DNA of 64,000 bases from a virus (taxonomy: Duplodnaviria; Heunggongvirae; Uroviricota; Caudoviricetes). This document shows positions 8,501 to 19,738 of the stretch, piece after piece. A program made the position numbers and the translations under genes. Every line of letters starts with the position of its first letter. Positions within the stretch are counted from its first letter, which is position 1. Under the pieces are notes generated by a model, which did no database searches, had not been told where the DNA came from, and saw only the letters and a program-made list of their open reading frames with translations. The DNA is taken from positions 1-64,000 of the IMG/VR virus record IMGVR_UViG_2529293038_000017; one strand, given 5' to 3'.

Positions 8501-11500
8501 GTACTCCGGCAGGAAACGATAGGTGATCCGGCGATAGTACAGGTCCATGTCAGTACATACGCGGTCCATATCCCTGATTATTGAGAAGATCGGACGGGCT
8601 TTCTCGTGCTCAATCACGCCGTCTTCATTAACCGAGGTCGTTACGCCATTGTTGGCTTTTGCTGCCGCTTCCGCCTGCTGACGTAATTCTTCATACGCCG
8701 CCAGTTGTTCTTCAGTAAGTGGTGCATCCTGCTGGTGTTCGTCCAGTTCCGGGATCTCCACGGTATCCTTAACGTCTTCCGCCGTTTTAAGCGTTGTCCA
8801 GCGATGGAATATGCCGCGCAGCGCATCAAGGTTTTCAAAGCCCACCAGCGCCATTTTTTCTTCAACTTCACCGCTGATTTTCTGTACCGTTTCCAGCCTG
8901 GTCTTGCCGAAGAATTTAACGAAGTCATCAGGACCGTAGATCCCCATCTTCTGCCAGTATTCCTTCGGCAGAACATGAGAAAGCATGTTGTATGCATCGA
9001 TCGGGGTGTTAACGACTGGCGTTGCAGTCAGGAGAACCGGTCCGCGCCCGCCATTCTTTTTCATCAGGTACGCGTTTTTGATTGCCATATCTCGCGCCGA
9101 TTGCGCCACCGCGCTGGTGGGCAGATAGGCCAGCTGTGACGATTCGCGACCATTTTTATAGCTATTGCGGTAGTTGTGGCCTTCGTCAGCAATCACGCTG
9201 TCGAAGCCCATATCCTCAAAGTACGGATACTTCTCTGCTTTTTCGGTACCGGTATCTGAATACTCCGACAATACCCGGCGACGCGCCGCCTCTTTGCGAT
9301 GGGAATCGGAGTCCATTGCGCTGGCCACACGCCCGGCAGCAACGAAGTCATAAAGCATGTCTTGTGCATGCTCATCTACGGTGTCATCACGTAGCGGAAT
9401 GCGGGCGTATTGTTCTTTGGTAAACACGACTGCACGGTAATTTGAGTGCGGGATCGCGTTCATCCGCGCCGTGATAGTGGCTTCATCTGCCAGTTTTAGG
9501 GCATCGCGCATAACTGGAGTGCCATCTGCACCAACGACAGGTTTACCGTTCTCATCGAGCACCGGCACCTGGCGAATCTGATCGCCATCCATCAGCACAT
9601 CAAGACCGACGAACAGGTAGTTACTGAATGCCTCTTCACTCAGAAACTCTTTTGCTTCGTAATACCAGTTTTCCAGCACTGATTTAGGCACTACATACGC
9701 AGTACGGGTGGAACGACCGTTCTCATAGTTGAACGCCTCAAGCGCCAGCGCGGTCGTGGTTTTACCCAGCCCGGTACCGAAGCCCAGGATGCCGCGCCCA
9801 TCTTCGGACAGTCGGCGCACCTCGCTATTCTGGTAATCAAATGGCTGTCGCTTACCGCTTAATCCCTTCAACCCAAGCGGATCGCCAGAGTGTTCATACG
9901 GGATATTGCTATTGAACACATCGTTGTATTTGGCAACCAGCTCATCGTAGCGATCGTGCGTCTTGATCCACTTATTGAACTGGTCCTCAAGCAGTGCCAT
10001 CTGCTCACGATAGCCGTTCGCCGTCGCGCTATCTTTGCCACCGATACGCGCACCATTGAGATACTTTTCCAGCTGTGCCGGGAACCCGGTCGCGTTTTCT
10101 CCTGATTTACGGTCCCACTCGTAGCGGATCTCGCCTGTTTCTTTATCCTTGCGCTGGACGACACCGTATCGGTGCCCGACGAACAGGCCATCACCACCGT
10201 GATAGGTGTCAGAAACCATTTCGTCGCCTTCCAGCTGCACTGACTGCACATAGCGCAGATCCGGATAGCCGTTTTCCTGCAAAAACTCCAGAATGACGGA
10301 ACGGTCGAACCAACGGCTATTGAGCTTAAAGCGGATATTCTCTGCTGGCGTCTTGATGCGCTTCTCTTCGATCGCTGCCAGCTGATTAAGGACGTTGTTC
10401 TTTACTGGACCGTCGGGGAGCGTGGCGAGGAATTCCTGTTTTGGAGCCACTATCTCGTTAATGTCGCCGCTGGTGGCGCGGGCGAACGGAACAATCCCGC
10501 CATACGGTGAAACCGCAATGCCAGGGGTGCTGGCCAATAAATTAAGCAACTCGTCATCACTGGCTGGCAGTTCGCCGGTAAACGCAAGGCGGAAATCATC
10601 GAGCTGGATTGGATCGCGAGTGAGATCACTGTAGAGATAACGCAGGGTGTCCTGATAGCTGGTGGAGTCATAACTGGCGCTGGAATCATGCGTAACCAGC
10701 TTTCCTGTCAGCTCGTCAGAAATAGTACCATCCAGCTTAATTGCACCACGGAAAGCAAACCAGGCGCGCGCACCGCTCCCCGATAATTTCGCTATCGGAC
10801 CGCGACCGGGGTTACCAAAACGGTCAATCTCTGCCTGCAAACGGGATACCAGGGAAAGGCGCTGCTGTTCGATTTGTTCAGCACTATGCCCGGCGGCCTT
10901 CATATCCTGATATTCAATTAACATCCGGCCAATCATCGCCCCGCGATACAAGCGTTCACGGTATTTTTCAGGCTGGCTGTTAATCCAGTCCACCAGCTGC
11001 ACCATATCGTCGCTGATTGATGTGGTGTACTTATCGCGGACATTTGCCATCTGGGTAAATGTCATACCGAGACGGCCTTCTGTTGTAGTCAGGTTACGCT
11101 GAAGAGCCTCCCAGCTGTCCGCGCCATAACTGGCAACATCAATCTTCAGCTCCTTCCCGGCATCAGATTCAATCCAGCGACCACCAGCATATTTTTGCCA
11201 TACGCCATTAATCAGGCGCATTTCCCCTTCATCAACAACGTCTGCGGTCGGTGACGGTTCAGCCATATCGAACAAAGACCAGTCGATACGACTTTCGAAA
11301 CGATGAATCAGCTTCGCTTTAAGAGCCTGGTTATCAATCTGCCCGTCGGCACGAACCTCAATACGCCCCTGGAATCCCTTCTCCTGGGTGCCATGAACAA
11401 AACGGCGGCCGTCCTTTTCAAACCACTTGCCAGAAATAAACGTTGGCCAAAGCACATTTGCCGATTCAAGAGTGCCTTCATCCACCAGGGGGATTTTCTC

Positions 11501-12340
11501 AGCCATCTCCGCCGGATGTTTGCGCATCAGCACCACGTCAACGACCGTACTGGTCCCGTTTGCGTCAAAAGTACCGGTAGGCAAGCGGTGGGCACCAAGA
11601 AATTCAGCTTTCCGTGATAGGCGCAGGCGTAACCGCTTCATGTTTGAACCTGAAACAATGGACGGCGGCACAATCACACACATGAATCCGCCTGGCTTTA
11701 TCTTGTCCAGCATGCGGAGCATGAAGTAAGACCCCATATCCGTTTCTTCTGCGTAAGGCTTATCGATGTTGCGTGTGTTATCACGACCGCCGAACGGAAC
11801 GTTACCCACAACATGGTCGAATGAATCGTTAGGCGTGCTTACAGCCAGTTGTTCGAACGGGGAAATCTGTACGCTGTCTTCCGGATGTAACAGCTGGTTT
11901 ATACGACCGGAAACACTGCTGATCTCAGTCGCGGTCATCACCGTACCAACCGGTTTTGTCTCATTAAAAACGCCGGTGCCCGCCGATGGTTCCAGAGTGT
12001 TACCTACGTCCGCGCCATAGAGCTTCATGATCTCCCAGACGCCTTCAGCGATAGGCTTTGGTGTGTAATATTCGGAGACGGACCCGCCAATGCCGCCTTC
12101 ACCAGTGTACCCGGCCAGGATCTGGCGCTGTTCATCTGTCAGTGTCGCGCCGTCCACCAGCGAATTAAGCAAATCTATCGCCTTCTGATTCGCCTCCCGG
12201 CGCAGCCGGTCATAGCTTTTGCCTTCCACCTTTTCCACGCCGTATCTAATCGGCGCTCGATGAGATGTTATTGCCCTAATGTATTTCAATATTTCGCTGA
12301 CACTTGAACAGCGAAACAACCCCATAGATAGCTTGTTCAT
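5573..12340 (-). CDS. darB: DarB antirestriction protein (2255 aa) with N6-adenine methyltransferase and DExH helicase domains
   Basis: Length identical to P1 DarB as remembered. MTase motif HVVGNVPFGG, Walker A GFGTGLGKT, DExH box VIADEGHNYRN. AAGGA Shine-Dalgarno 8 nt before the ATG. Confidence 0.9.
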   Translation of the reverse strand: MNKLSMGLFRCSSVSEILKYIRAITSHRAPIRYGVEKVEGKSYDRLRREANQKAIDLLNSLVDGATLTDEQRQILAGYTGEGGIGGSVSEYYTPKPIAEGVWEIMKLYGADVGNTLEPSAGTGVFNETKPVGTVMTATEISSVSGRINQLLHPEDSVQISPFEQLAVSTPNDSFDHVVGNVPFGGRDNTRNIDKPYAEETDMGSYFMLRMLDKIKPGGFMCVIVPPSIVSGSNMKRLRLRLSRKAEFLGAHRLPTGTFDANGTSTVVDVVLMRKHPAEMAEKIPLVDEGTLESANVLWPTFISGKWFEKDGRRFVHGTQEKGFQGRIEVRADGQIDNQALKAKLIHRFESRIDWSLFDMAEPSPTADVVDEGEMRLINGVWQKYAGGRWIESDAGKELKIDVASYGADSWEALQRNLTTTEGRLGMTFTQMANVRDKYTTSISDDMVQLVDWINSQPEKYRERLYRGAMIGRMLIEYQDMKAAGHSAEQIEQQRLSLVSRLQAEIDRFGNPGRGPIAKLSGSGARAWFAFRGAIKLDGTISDELTGKLVTHDSSASYDSTSYQDTLRYLYSDLTRDPIQLDDFRLAFTGELPASDDELLNLLASTPGIAVSPYGGIVPFARATSGDINEIVAPKQEFLATLPDGPVKNNVLNQLAAIEEKRIKTPAENIRFKLNSRWFDRSVILEFLQENGYPDLRYVQSVQLEGDEMVSDTYHGGDGLFVGHRYGVVQRKDKETGEIRYEWDRKSGENATGFPAQLEKYLNGARIGGKDSATANGYREQMALLEDQFNKWIKTHDRYDELVAKYNDVFNSNIPYEHSGDPLGLKGLSGKRQPFDYQNSEVRRLSEDGRGILGFGTGLGKTTTALALEAFNYENGRSTRTAYVVPKSVLENWYYEAKEFLSEEAFSNYLFVGLDVLMDGDQIRQVPVLDENGKPVVGADGTPVMRDALKLADEATITARMNAIPHSNYRAVVFTKEQYARIPLRDDTVDEHAQDMLYDFVAAGRVASAMDSDSHRKEAARRRVLSEYSDTGTEKAEKYPYFEDMGFDSVIADEGHNYRNSYKNGRESSQLAYLPTSAVAQSARDMAIKNAYLMKKNGGRGPVLLTATPVVNTPIDAYNMLSHVLPKEYWQKMGIYGPDDFVKFFGKTRLETVQKISGEVEEKMALVGFENLDALRGIFHRWTTLKTAEDVKDTVEIPELDEHQQDAPLTEEQLAAYEELRQQAEAAAKANNGVTTSVNEDGVIEHEKARPIFSIIRDMDRVCTDMDLYYRRITYRFLPEYADAVQQLADSLPKQATSEDDDSDDSITQQSQYSLIDKGEFIQLQVPEAFEQEVNKRLARFGIDEQTVTHPVTPKYAKLIATLKEFFPEGKQIIFTDEKTQHQKLKRIICNALNLEPSKVGILNAQTVAEAGKTGKKLKAVKPPKELPDEPTDAQIAKYNEQMALYDAYIAQQNEMSLGGLEKIAADFQEGRTPIIICNKKAEVGINLHRGTTDIHHLTLPWTPASIAQRNGRGARVGSNRASVRVHYYCGKGSFDEYRLKTLKRKAGWISDILRSDKSEMENADANDMIEMQMYTAKDDGERLAMMQVQMDKAKAAQRARQKEQATIDLQNYIKAQHAAGEDVEVLTAELERNKAELEKTTAEVAKFKQAVMAKAADNADWKARWGSVHHTDRTLLAQYRASLKSAIQRKANISQAISRYEKLLNRTQKAATDIKRLRPLVEDAINKGILDVDPDLVNHANEFLVIGDRSWRVGQYYDCAGDIVRIKSLDFDSQRADVEIIFTFKGTKSGNWDVKTLDKQVDVTPDEDAVMQKISGGVSIAGINDIISCDDFYRFQQRGMIKITDSYGVQTTESGYSIDFVGTYTDPLKHAVYPDRRDGALKSSIAKWVLGMMSEGNNRQIRSAETFLVELFGSNYGDVIASYGDTLSPEAIQEKIADAIARMPEKTSQGATRNGDSELEVTNAIFGTNEFRASDYEITTAQFGTIGIYSNKDEIKQSMDAASARIAAERKANLNHAVSALTQSWVTAIREAATTGKITPAIADVVNDGSKFMDAYKMDAVQLPSAYGQLSYRMTYNLVSMFSDLAILGLVDLNEVTPELLSMRKNHVEILQRINTVLAGRTDEEKQADADRINLALGNITEEEIAARNEKQEELSSIQGDATSIAQSLGLNYRVSTADLKMMYAPKFAAGEVFGLQEASGMKGVLFRAKDAIKAKFGARWLPAKAKNSDFPGNWWIIETKHNVADVLAVIQQYA

Positions 12341-12347
12341 TGGTAAT

Positions 12348-12372
12348 CCTTAACAAGTGACTAGTGTTAAAT
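12348..12372. promoter_or_regulatory. Palindromic element TTAACAAGTGACTAGTGTTAA between divergent darB and prt; candidate late-promoter element
   Basis: Perfect palindrome centred on ACTAGT. The core GTCACTTGTT recurs near other operon starts (about 2670, 16088, 50447). Confidence 0.35.
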
Positions 12373-12406
12373 TCCGTTCAAACACGATGCGAATTATTCT
12401 AATTAA

Positions 12407-15137
<2,731 letters not shown>

Positions 15138-15140
15138 CCA

Positions 15141-15170
15141 CCAAAAATAACCCCGGCGGCTGCCGGGGTT
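15141..15170. terminator. Bidirectional rho-independent terminator between pro and the lyz operon
   Basis: AACCCCGGC/GCCGGGGTT stem at 15148-15169, with a U-run on the minus strand. Confidence 0.65.
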
Positions 15171-15181
15171 ATCGTTAACTA

Positions 15182-15442
15182 TTATCGCCTTCGTCTGCGT
15201 GCCATATATTTGCGCACCGCGCGACGTGGGCAATCTGAAGCGGTTTCTTTCTGCTGCATCAATCTTGCAGCCATGCTCAAAAATGTCAGGCACAGCCGAA
15301 GCCCGGCATATAATAGCGGTTCCAGTGGCCACGTCTCATTGAGCACATATACCGCCATGAAAATCGAGTCAAAAACTATCGCCGCCAGCGATAACTTCAT
15401 TGTCGAAAGTCGGCGGAGCTGCCGGAGTTTATTCATTGACAA
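15182..15442 (-). CDS. Small membrane protein (86 aa) downstream of lyz; candidate lysis accessory protein
   Basis: Two hydrophobic segments and an Arg-rich C-terminus. Overlaps the lyz stop and ends just before the terminator, consistent with co-transcription. Confidence 0.45.
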   Translation of the reverse strand: MSMNKLRQLRRLSTMKLSLAAIVFDSIFMAVYVLNETWPLEPLLYAGLRLCLTFLSMAARLMQQKETASDCPRRAVRKYMARRRRR

Positions 15443-15986
15443 GCCCCGTCAGGCAAAGCTGGCGTTCTTCTTCACGGCGAATCTTTAACCCGGGCAGGGG
15501 GACGCCGTTACTGTTCACAAAATCAGGGAGATGGTTACACATATTCACCCATTCCCCTTTCTGCGCCCACTTGTGGATGGACGTTTCGACTCGCATGCCT
15601 CGCGCTTTGCTGTAGTAGGTCCGTAAACTATTGCATCCCATATTGAATGCCGCGCTTGTCATTGCGCTGAAGGCATTATCGGGCATGTCTTTGCCCCGGA
15701 AGTGCTGGTTAATACAGCGTTCAGCGATCAGGATATTCTTTTCCCAATCAGCGGCGATTTGCTGGTCGGTTTTTCGCACGCCAGGCGTTACCCCGTGTGT
15801 ATTACCGATCCCGTCGGTCCATACACCCGCCGGGCACTTGTATGGATCACGTCGGCAACCTTCAGCGTTTCCGATAAGCTCAAGCCCCGCCTGGTTGGTT
15901 CGCACATTGCCATTATCCATCACGATGGTAATCATCATCGCGATAGCGCAAATTGCACCGCCTCCTGCGGCTGTTTTTCCCTTCAT
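15429..15986 (-). CDS. lyz: SAR-type endolysin Lyz (185 aa)
   Basis: Start MKGKTAAGGGAICAIAMMITIV (signal-anchor-release style N-terminus) with GAGG Shine-Dalgarno. 185 aa matches P1 Lyz. Confidence 0.85.
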   Translation of the reverse strand: MKGKTAAGGGAICAIAMMITIVMDNGNVRTNQAGLELIGNAEGCRRDPYKCPAGVWTDGIGNTHGVTPGVRKTDQQIAADWEKNILIAERCINQHFRGKDMPDNAFSAMTSAAFNMGCNSLRTYYSKARGMRVETSIHKWAQKGEWVNMCNHLPDFVNSNGVPLPGLKIRREEERQLCLTGLVNE

Positions 15987-16119
15987 AAAGACCTCATAAG
16001 CGAATTTTTTACGCTCCAGGACAAACACCCATTCACAGCCAATACCGACTGACTCGATCCCTTTAGAAGGCACAGGATAATGCAAATCACTTGTTAGCTA
16101 CGTTTCAAAGATATACATT

Positions 16120-16136
16120 ATTGCTCTAATTAATTT
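16120..16136. promoter_or_regulatory. C1 operator (ATTGCTCTAATTAATTT) upstream of ssb
   Basis: 16/17 match to the C1 operator consensus, about 20 bp upstream of the ssb start. Confidence 0.65.
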
Positions 16137-16155
16137 ATTTTATTAGGTAAGATAA

Positions 16156-16644
16156 GTGGCACAACGCGGTGTAAACAAAGTCATCCTGATTGGTACCCTG
16201 GGGCAAGACCCGGAGATCAGGTATATACCAAATGGCGGAGCGGTCGGAAGACTCAGCATCGCAACGAATGAATCATGGCGCGACAAGCAAACGGGCCAAC
16301 AGAAAGAGCAAACAGAATGGCATAAAGTCGTTTTGTTCGGAAAACTTGCTGAAATTGCGAGTGAGTATTTACGAAAAGGTTCTCAGGTCTACATCGAAGG
16401 GAAACTTAAAACCCGTAAGTGGACAGATGACGCCGGTGTAGAACGTTACACGACGGAAATTATCGTCAGCCAGGGCGGCACCATGCAAATGATCGGCACT
16501 CGTCGTGACGATTCACAGTCCTCAAACGGCTGGGGGCAATCAAACCAACCTCAAAACAACCAGCAATACAGTGGTGGCGGTAAACCTCAGAGCAACGCCA
16601 ATAACGAACCTCCAATGGACTTTGACGACGATATTCCGTTTTGA
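16156..16644 (+). CDS. ssb: Single-stranded DNA-binding protein (162 aa)
   Basis: [30 protein letters not shown]... aligns closely with E. coli SSB, including the acidic C-terminal tail [11 protein letters not shown] start. Confidence 0.95.
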   Translation: MAQRGVNKVILIGTLGQDPEIRYIPNGGAVGRLSIATNESWRDKQTGQQKEQTEWHKVVLFGKLAEIASEYLRKGSQVYIEGKLKTRKWTDDAGVERYTTEIIVSQGGTMQMIGTRRDDSQSSNGWGQSNQPQNNQQYSGGGKPQSNANNEPPMDFDDDIPF

Positions 16645-16841
16645 ATGAGTAAAAAACGATTGAAAGAAAAGCGGTGGTCCAGACGCCAACAAAAGCACGA
16701 ACTCGCTAAAAAACGCCAAAGTTGGCAATGGCACGCGCTTTTCACGAAAAGAACACCCCGAGATATTGCTTTCGCTGGTGGGAAAACATTCCTGACCCAC
16801 CTGAAGGCGCAATACACCAGGTTTTAAGCAGAGGAAAGACT

Positions 16842-17519
16842 ATGAATAATATGACAACGAAAGAGCTTTTGACGGCACTTCCAAAATACAAAAGCCATAA
16901 AATAGTTCGTGCCTCAAAAATCAAAGATATCGAAATTATCGCCCTAATGGATGTGGTCCTTCTTTGCAACATCGAAGTCGTTGAGCCAGAAGGGGTAAAA
17001 GTCCATGTTGATAAAATGTTTTTGCAAAAACACCGACCAGAAATTGGCGGATATCTGGTCGCTTATGAGGACGGATCTCTGTCCTATTCACCAGAAAAAA
17101 CATTTGAAGAAGGCTTTAGTCGGACTAACGACTTCTTCGAAAATGGGGCATTGCTCAGCATTGAAGGTCACAATGGGGTGACATTCATTACAGCCAGGGA
17201 CGTAACTATTTCTGCTGGCGGTATCGCTACTCTACAAGAAGAAATCGACCTTGAAGCAGCCGACTTTTCTGACGCGCTGATGTGGCTGAAGGATGGCAAG
17301 AAAGTTGCTCGACGCGGGTGGAACGGCGAAAACCAATTCTGCTGGCTGGTTCCTGAAGGACAGTACCCGGCACGAATGGAAGCCATTAAGGGATATTTCC
17401 CCGGCGACCTCGTTCCGTATGGTGCTTATTTCGCCTTAAAAAATGCACAAGGTGTAGTTGTTCCGTGGGTTCCTTCTGTAGGCGACTTACTGGCATGTGA
17501 CTGGTTTGTAGTGGAGTGA
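16842..17519 (+). CDS. Hypothetical protein (225 aa)
   Basis: ATG with GAGGAAAG Shine-Dalgarno. C-terminal Trp/Gly-rich segment (ARRGWNGENQFCWLVPEG...); no confident family assignment. Confidence 0.55.
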   Translation: MNNMTTKELLTALPKYKSHKIVRASKIKDIEIIALMDVVLLCNIEVVEPEGVKVHVDKMFLQKHRPEIGGYLVAYEDGSLSYSPEKTFEEGFSRTNDFFENGALLSIEGHNGVTFITARDVTISAGGIATLQEEIDLEAADFSDALMWLKDGKKVARRGWNGENQFCWLVPEGQYPARMEAIKGYFPGDLVPYGAYFALKNAQGVVVPWVPSVGDLLACDWFVVE

Positions 17520-17525
17520 TTTAAC

Positions 17526-18308
17526 GTGGAAAATACTAAAGCAATTCAATACCGCCTGCGTAATGGTCAGAGTGTCGAAGTGACCATCAATAATGATGGT
17601 GTGCCTGGCGAAAAGGTTTCGATCTCTGATCTGGCTATCGAAAAAACCATCATGTGCCACCTTGGCTTTACTGAAGAAGTGAGCAAAAAGCATGGTGTAG
17701 CAATCTGGAGCGCAATGGATACTGGTATGCGCAGATTCATTACTGCTCGTACCCCAGGGATGACCATGATGGACCTCATGCAGATTGCGCCGCTGTTTGA
17801 ATGTGAGCCTTTAGATGTATTCAGCAATCCAGCTCTCTGCCAGCAGTTATATGGTGAGATGAAACTCGCGGTTACCCCCATTGTGCTGCATGAAGGATCG
17901 CTTGCTGGCGTGTGGAAAGTGGAGCGTATTTCAAGCTACATGCCTTTCCATGTCAACGGCGTAATCACTGGTGAAAATCAACCTGTTTCCGTTATAAAGT
18001 CAGACCTCAAGCGCGCAATTCTTGAAGCAAGTTGTCGAGTTGTCGGCCTGGGCAAACAGTCTTATGTTTCCTTCCCGGCTGGCCCTGAAGGCCCGGCAGA
18101 AATTCTGATTATGGATGCCGATCTGCTCTGGCAAATACAGTTTCTGATTGGCAAAAGCATCATCCGCGCTGAAGAACTCGATCAGTACATTACCTGCACG
18201 ATGACGGATGAAGTCAAAAGTGTGGCTATAGCCAATGCCCGGAACCTATGTCGTGCTGCATTAACAGAACTGCAAGAAAACACCACGGAAGAGGTGGAAA
18301 GTGATTAA
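17526..18308 (+). CDS. Hypothetical protein (260 aa)
   Basis: GTG start 7 bp after the upstream stop; uninterrupted ORF in the same operon. Confidence 0.55.
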   Translation: MENTKAIQYRLRNGQSVEVTINNDGVPGEKVSISDLAIEKTIMCHLGFTEEVSKKHGVAIWSAMDTGMRRFITARTPGMTMMDLMQIAPLFECEPLDVFSNPALCQQLYGEMKLAVTPIVLHEGSLAGVWKVERISSYMPFHVNGVITGENQPVSVIKSDLKRAILEASCRVVGLGKQSYVSFPAGPEGPAEILIMDADLLWQIQFLIGKSIIRAEELDQYITCTMTDEVKSVAIANARNLCRAALTELQENTTEEVESD

Positions 18309-19395
18309 TCGTATACAGAATGAATCTGCCTGGTTAGCACTGATAGAACGGTATAAAGACAATTGGGAACTGGCAGCAAAAGAGTTACTTGATATTGAGT
18401 TAACACCTCATCAAGCAAAAATTATTAACGCGATAAAGAACACCGGAGCCAAAGTCACTGCCACCACACCACATGGTATTGGGGAAACCTCTATTGTGGC
18501 AGTGATTAGCATCCTGCAAACAATACTGTATTCGTGTTCCCGTACAGTGGTTGTTTCTCCTGCGATTAACGATAGTCGAAAAACAATAATTGACTATATG
18601 TTCCGTTATTGGGAGCGAGTTACCCAAAAACACCCTTTTCTTGGCAATTATTTCAGAATACACCCTGACAAAGGGTTGGTGCATATCAGTGAAACATGGG
18701 GATGCGTCTATATAACCTATTGTCTGAATAACGAAGAGTCTCTGGCTGGTTTTACTGGACCGCACGATCTTTTCATCGTTATTAACTCGGCGGAAATCAG
18801 CGATCGCGCTCATGCAGTGATAACTGGCAATTTAACCAATTATGACTCGCGCCTGCTGTTGCTGTCGAAACCATCGGAACGCGAGAAAGGGTACTTTTAT
18901 GATTCGCATCACCGGTTGGCCCATAGTAAAAACAATCCTGCTGGTTTTTTCACGGCGATAACTCTAAACACAGAGGATTCACCTCTCGTTTCTGAAGCAT
19001 ATCTTGAATTCAAAGCCAAAGAGTTTGGTGGGCGCAATAGCGATGAATATCGCCGATTGATCTTGGGGAAATTCCCCGGGATTCGGGAGTTGATGGAAAA
19101 GTCATCTGTTCCCCGTAATATGCACTTCACAATGACTGACGGTAGTAAATGGGTAGTGCCTACGATCGTGATCGCCAAACACCATGCGAAACATCACGCT
19201 CAAAAACACAACTCCAGCACATTAGACTGGCTGAAGGCCTATACAATACCGTTATTCTCGGCAAACCATAACGCTATAACTGAATGGGCTAAACAAATCC
19301 CCTGGCAGGATGTGGCTGAAGAGGCATTTGTCGAAAAACCACCAAGAGATTTGCACGAGCACTGTTGGCTGACATCAGAAAAAAGCTTCTCGTGA
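18301..19395 (+). CDS. Hypothetical protein (364 aa) with degenerate P-loop-like motif
   Basis: GTG start overlapping the upstream stop. TPHGIGETS resembles a Walker A with Glu replacing Lys; LFIVINSAE is Walker-B-like. AT-rich. Confidence 0.55.
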   Translation: MINRIQNESAWLALIERYKDNWELAAKELLDIELTPHQAKIINAIKNTGAKVTATTPHGIGETSIVAVISILQTILYSCSRTVVVSPAINDSRKTIIDYMFRYWERVTQKHPFLGNYFRIHPDKGLVHISETWGCVYITYCLNNEESLAGFTGPHDLFIVINSAEISDRAHAVITGNLTNYDSRLLLLSKPSEREKGYFYDSHHRLAHSKNNPAGFFTAITLNTEDSPLVSEAYLEFKAKEFGGRNSDEYRRLILGKFPGIRELMEKSSVPRNMHFTMTDGSKWVVPTIVIAKHHAKHHAQKHNSSTLDWLKAYTIPLFSANHNAITEWAKQIPWQDVAEEAFVEKPPRDLHEHCWLTSEKSFS

Positions 19396-19398
19396 GGT

Positions 19399-19426
19399 AA
19401 AAATCCCGCCGATTGGCGGGATTTCT
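19399..19426. terminator. Bidirectional rho-independent terminator
   Basis: AAATCCCGCC-GATT-GGCGGGATTT with T-rich flanks on both strands, between convergent genes. Confidence 0.7.
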
Positions 19427-19738
19427 TCAATATACGATCTGGTCTACATGATCACCAAAATCATCGTCGTCGTCGTCCTCATCGCCACCATCTACTGCTG
19501 GCCAATCAACAAACCAGCCAGCGTAAAGATGTAGCGTTCGGAGAACATCACTTGCGGGAGCATCAAGGGTGTTAACGAATCCCATATAGCTATTGGGATT
19601 TGCCCCAGCTATGGCTTCAGCGATCATGTCCTCGGTAATGTCACCGGAAATAATGCTTAAACGCCCGGAAACTTCTTCATTATCATCAAATTCGATAATG
19701 GCATCTCCGCCTAATGGCGCTGCGATTTTAATCTGCAT
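19427..19738 (-). CDS. Small acidic protein (103 aa) downstream of ddrB
   Basis: ORF ending with an Asp-rich tail (DGGDEDDDDDD), overlapping the ddrB stop. Confidence 0.5.
   Translation of the reverse strand: MQIKIAAPLGGDAIIEFDDNEEVSGRLSIISGDITEDMIAEAIAGANPNSYMGFVNTLDAPASDVLRTLHLYAGWFVDWPAVDGGDEDDDDDDFGDHVDQIVY

Noticed and set aside
5543-12340. Numerous 60-140-aa ORFs on both strands inside darB
   Set aside because: All are nested in the 2255-codon darB frame, which has clear MTase and helicase motifs; they are shadow ORFs.
12385-12401. Weak operator-like sequence AATTATTCTAATTAAGG upstream of prt
   Set aside because: Only about 12/17 matches to the C1 operator consensus; not distinguishable from AT-rich promoter sequence.
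16645-16827. 60-aa basic ORF between ssb and the next gene
   Set aside because: Lys/Arg-rich translation of an A-rich spacer, no ribosome-binding site, and overlaps the likely promoter and Shine-Dalgarno of the downstream gene.
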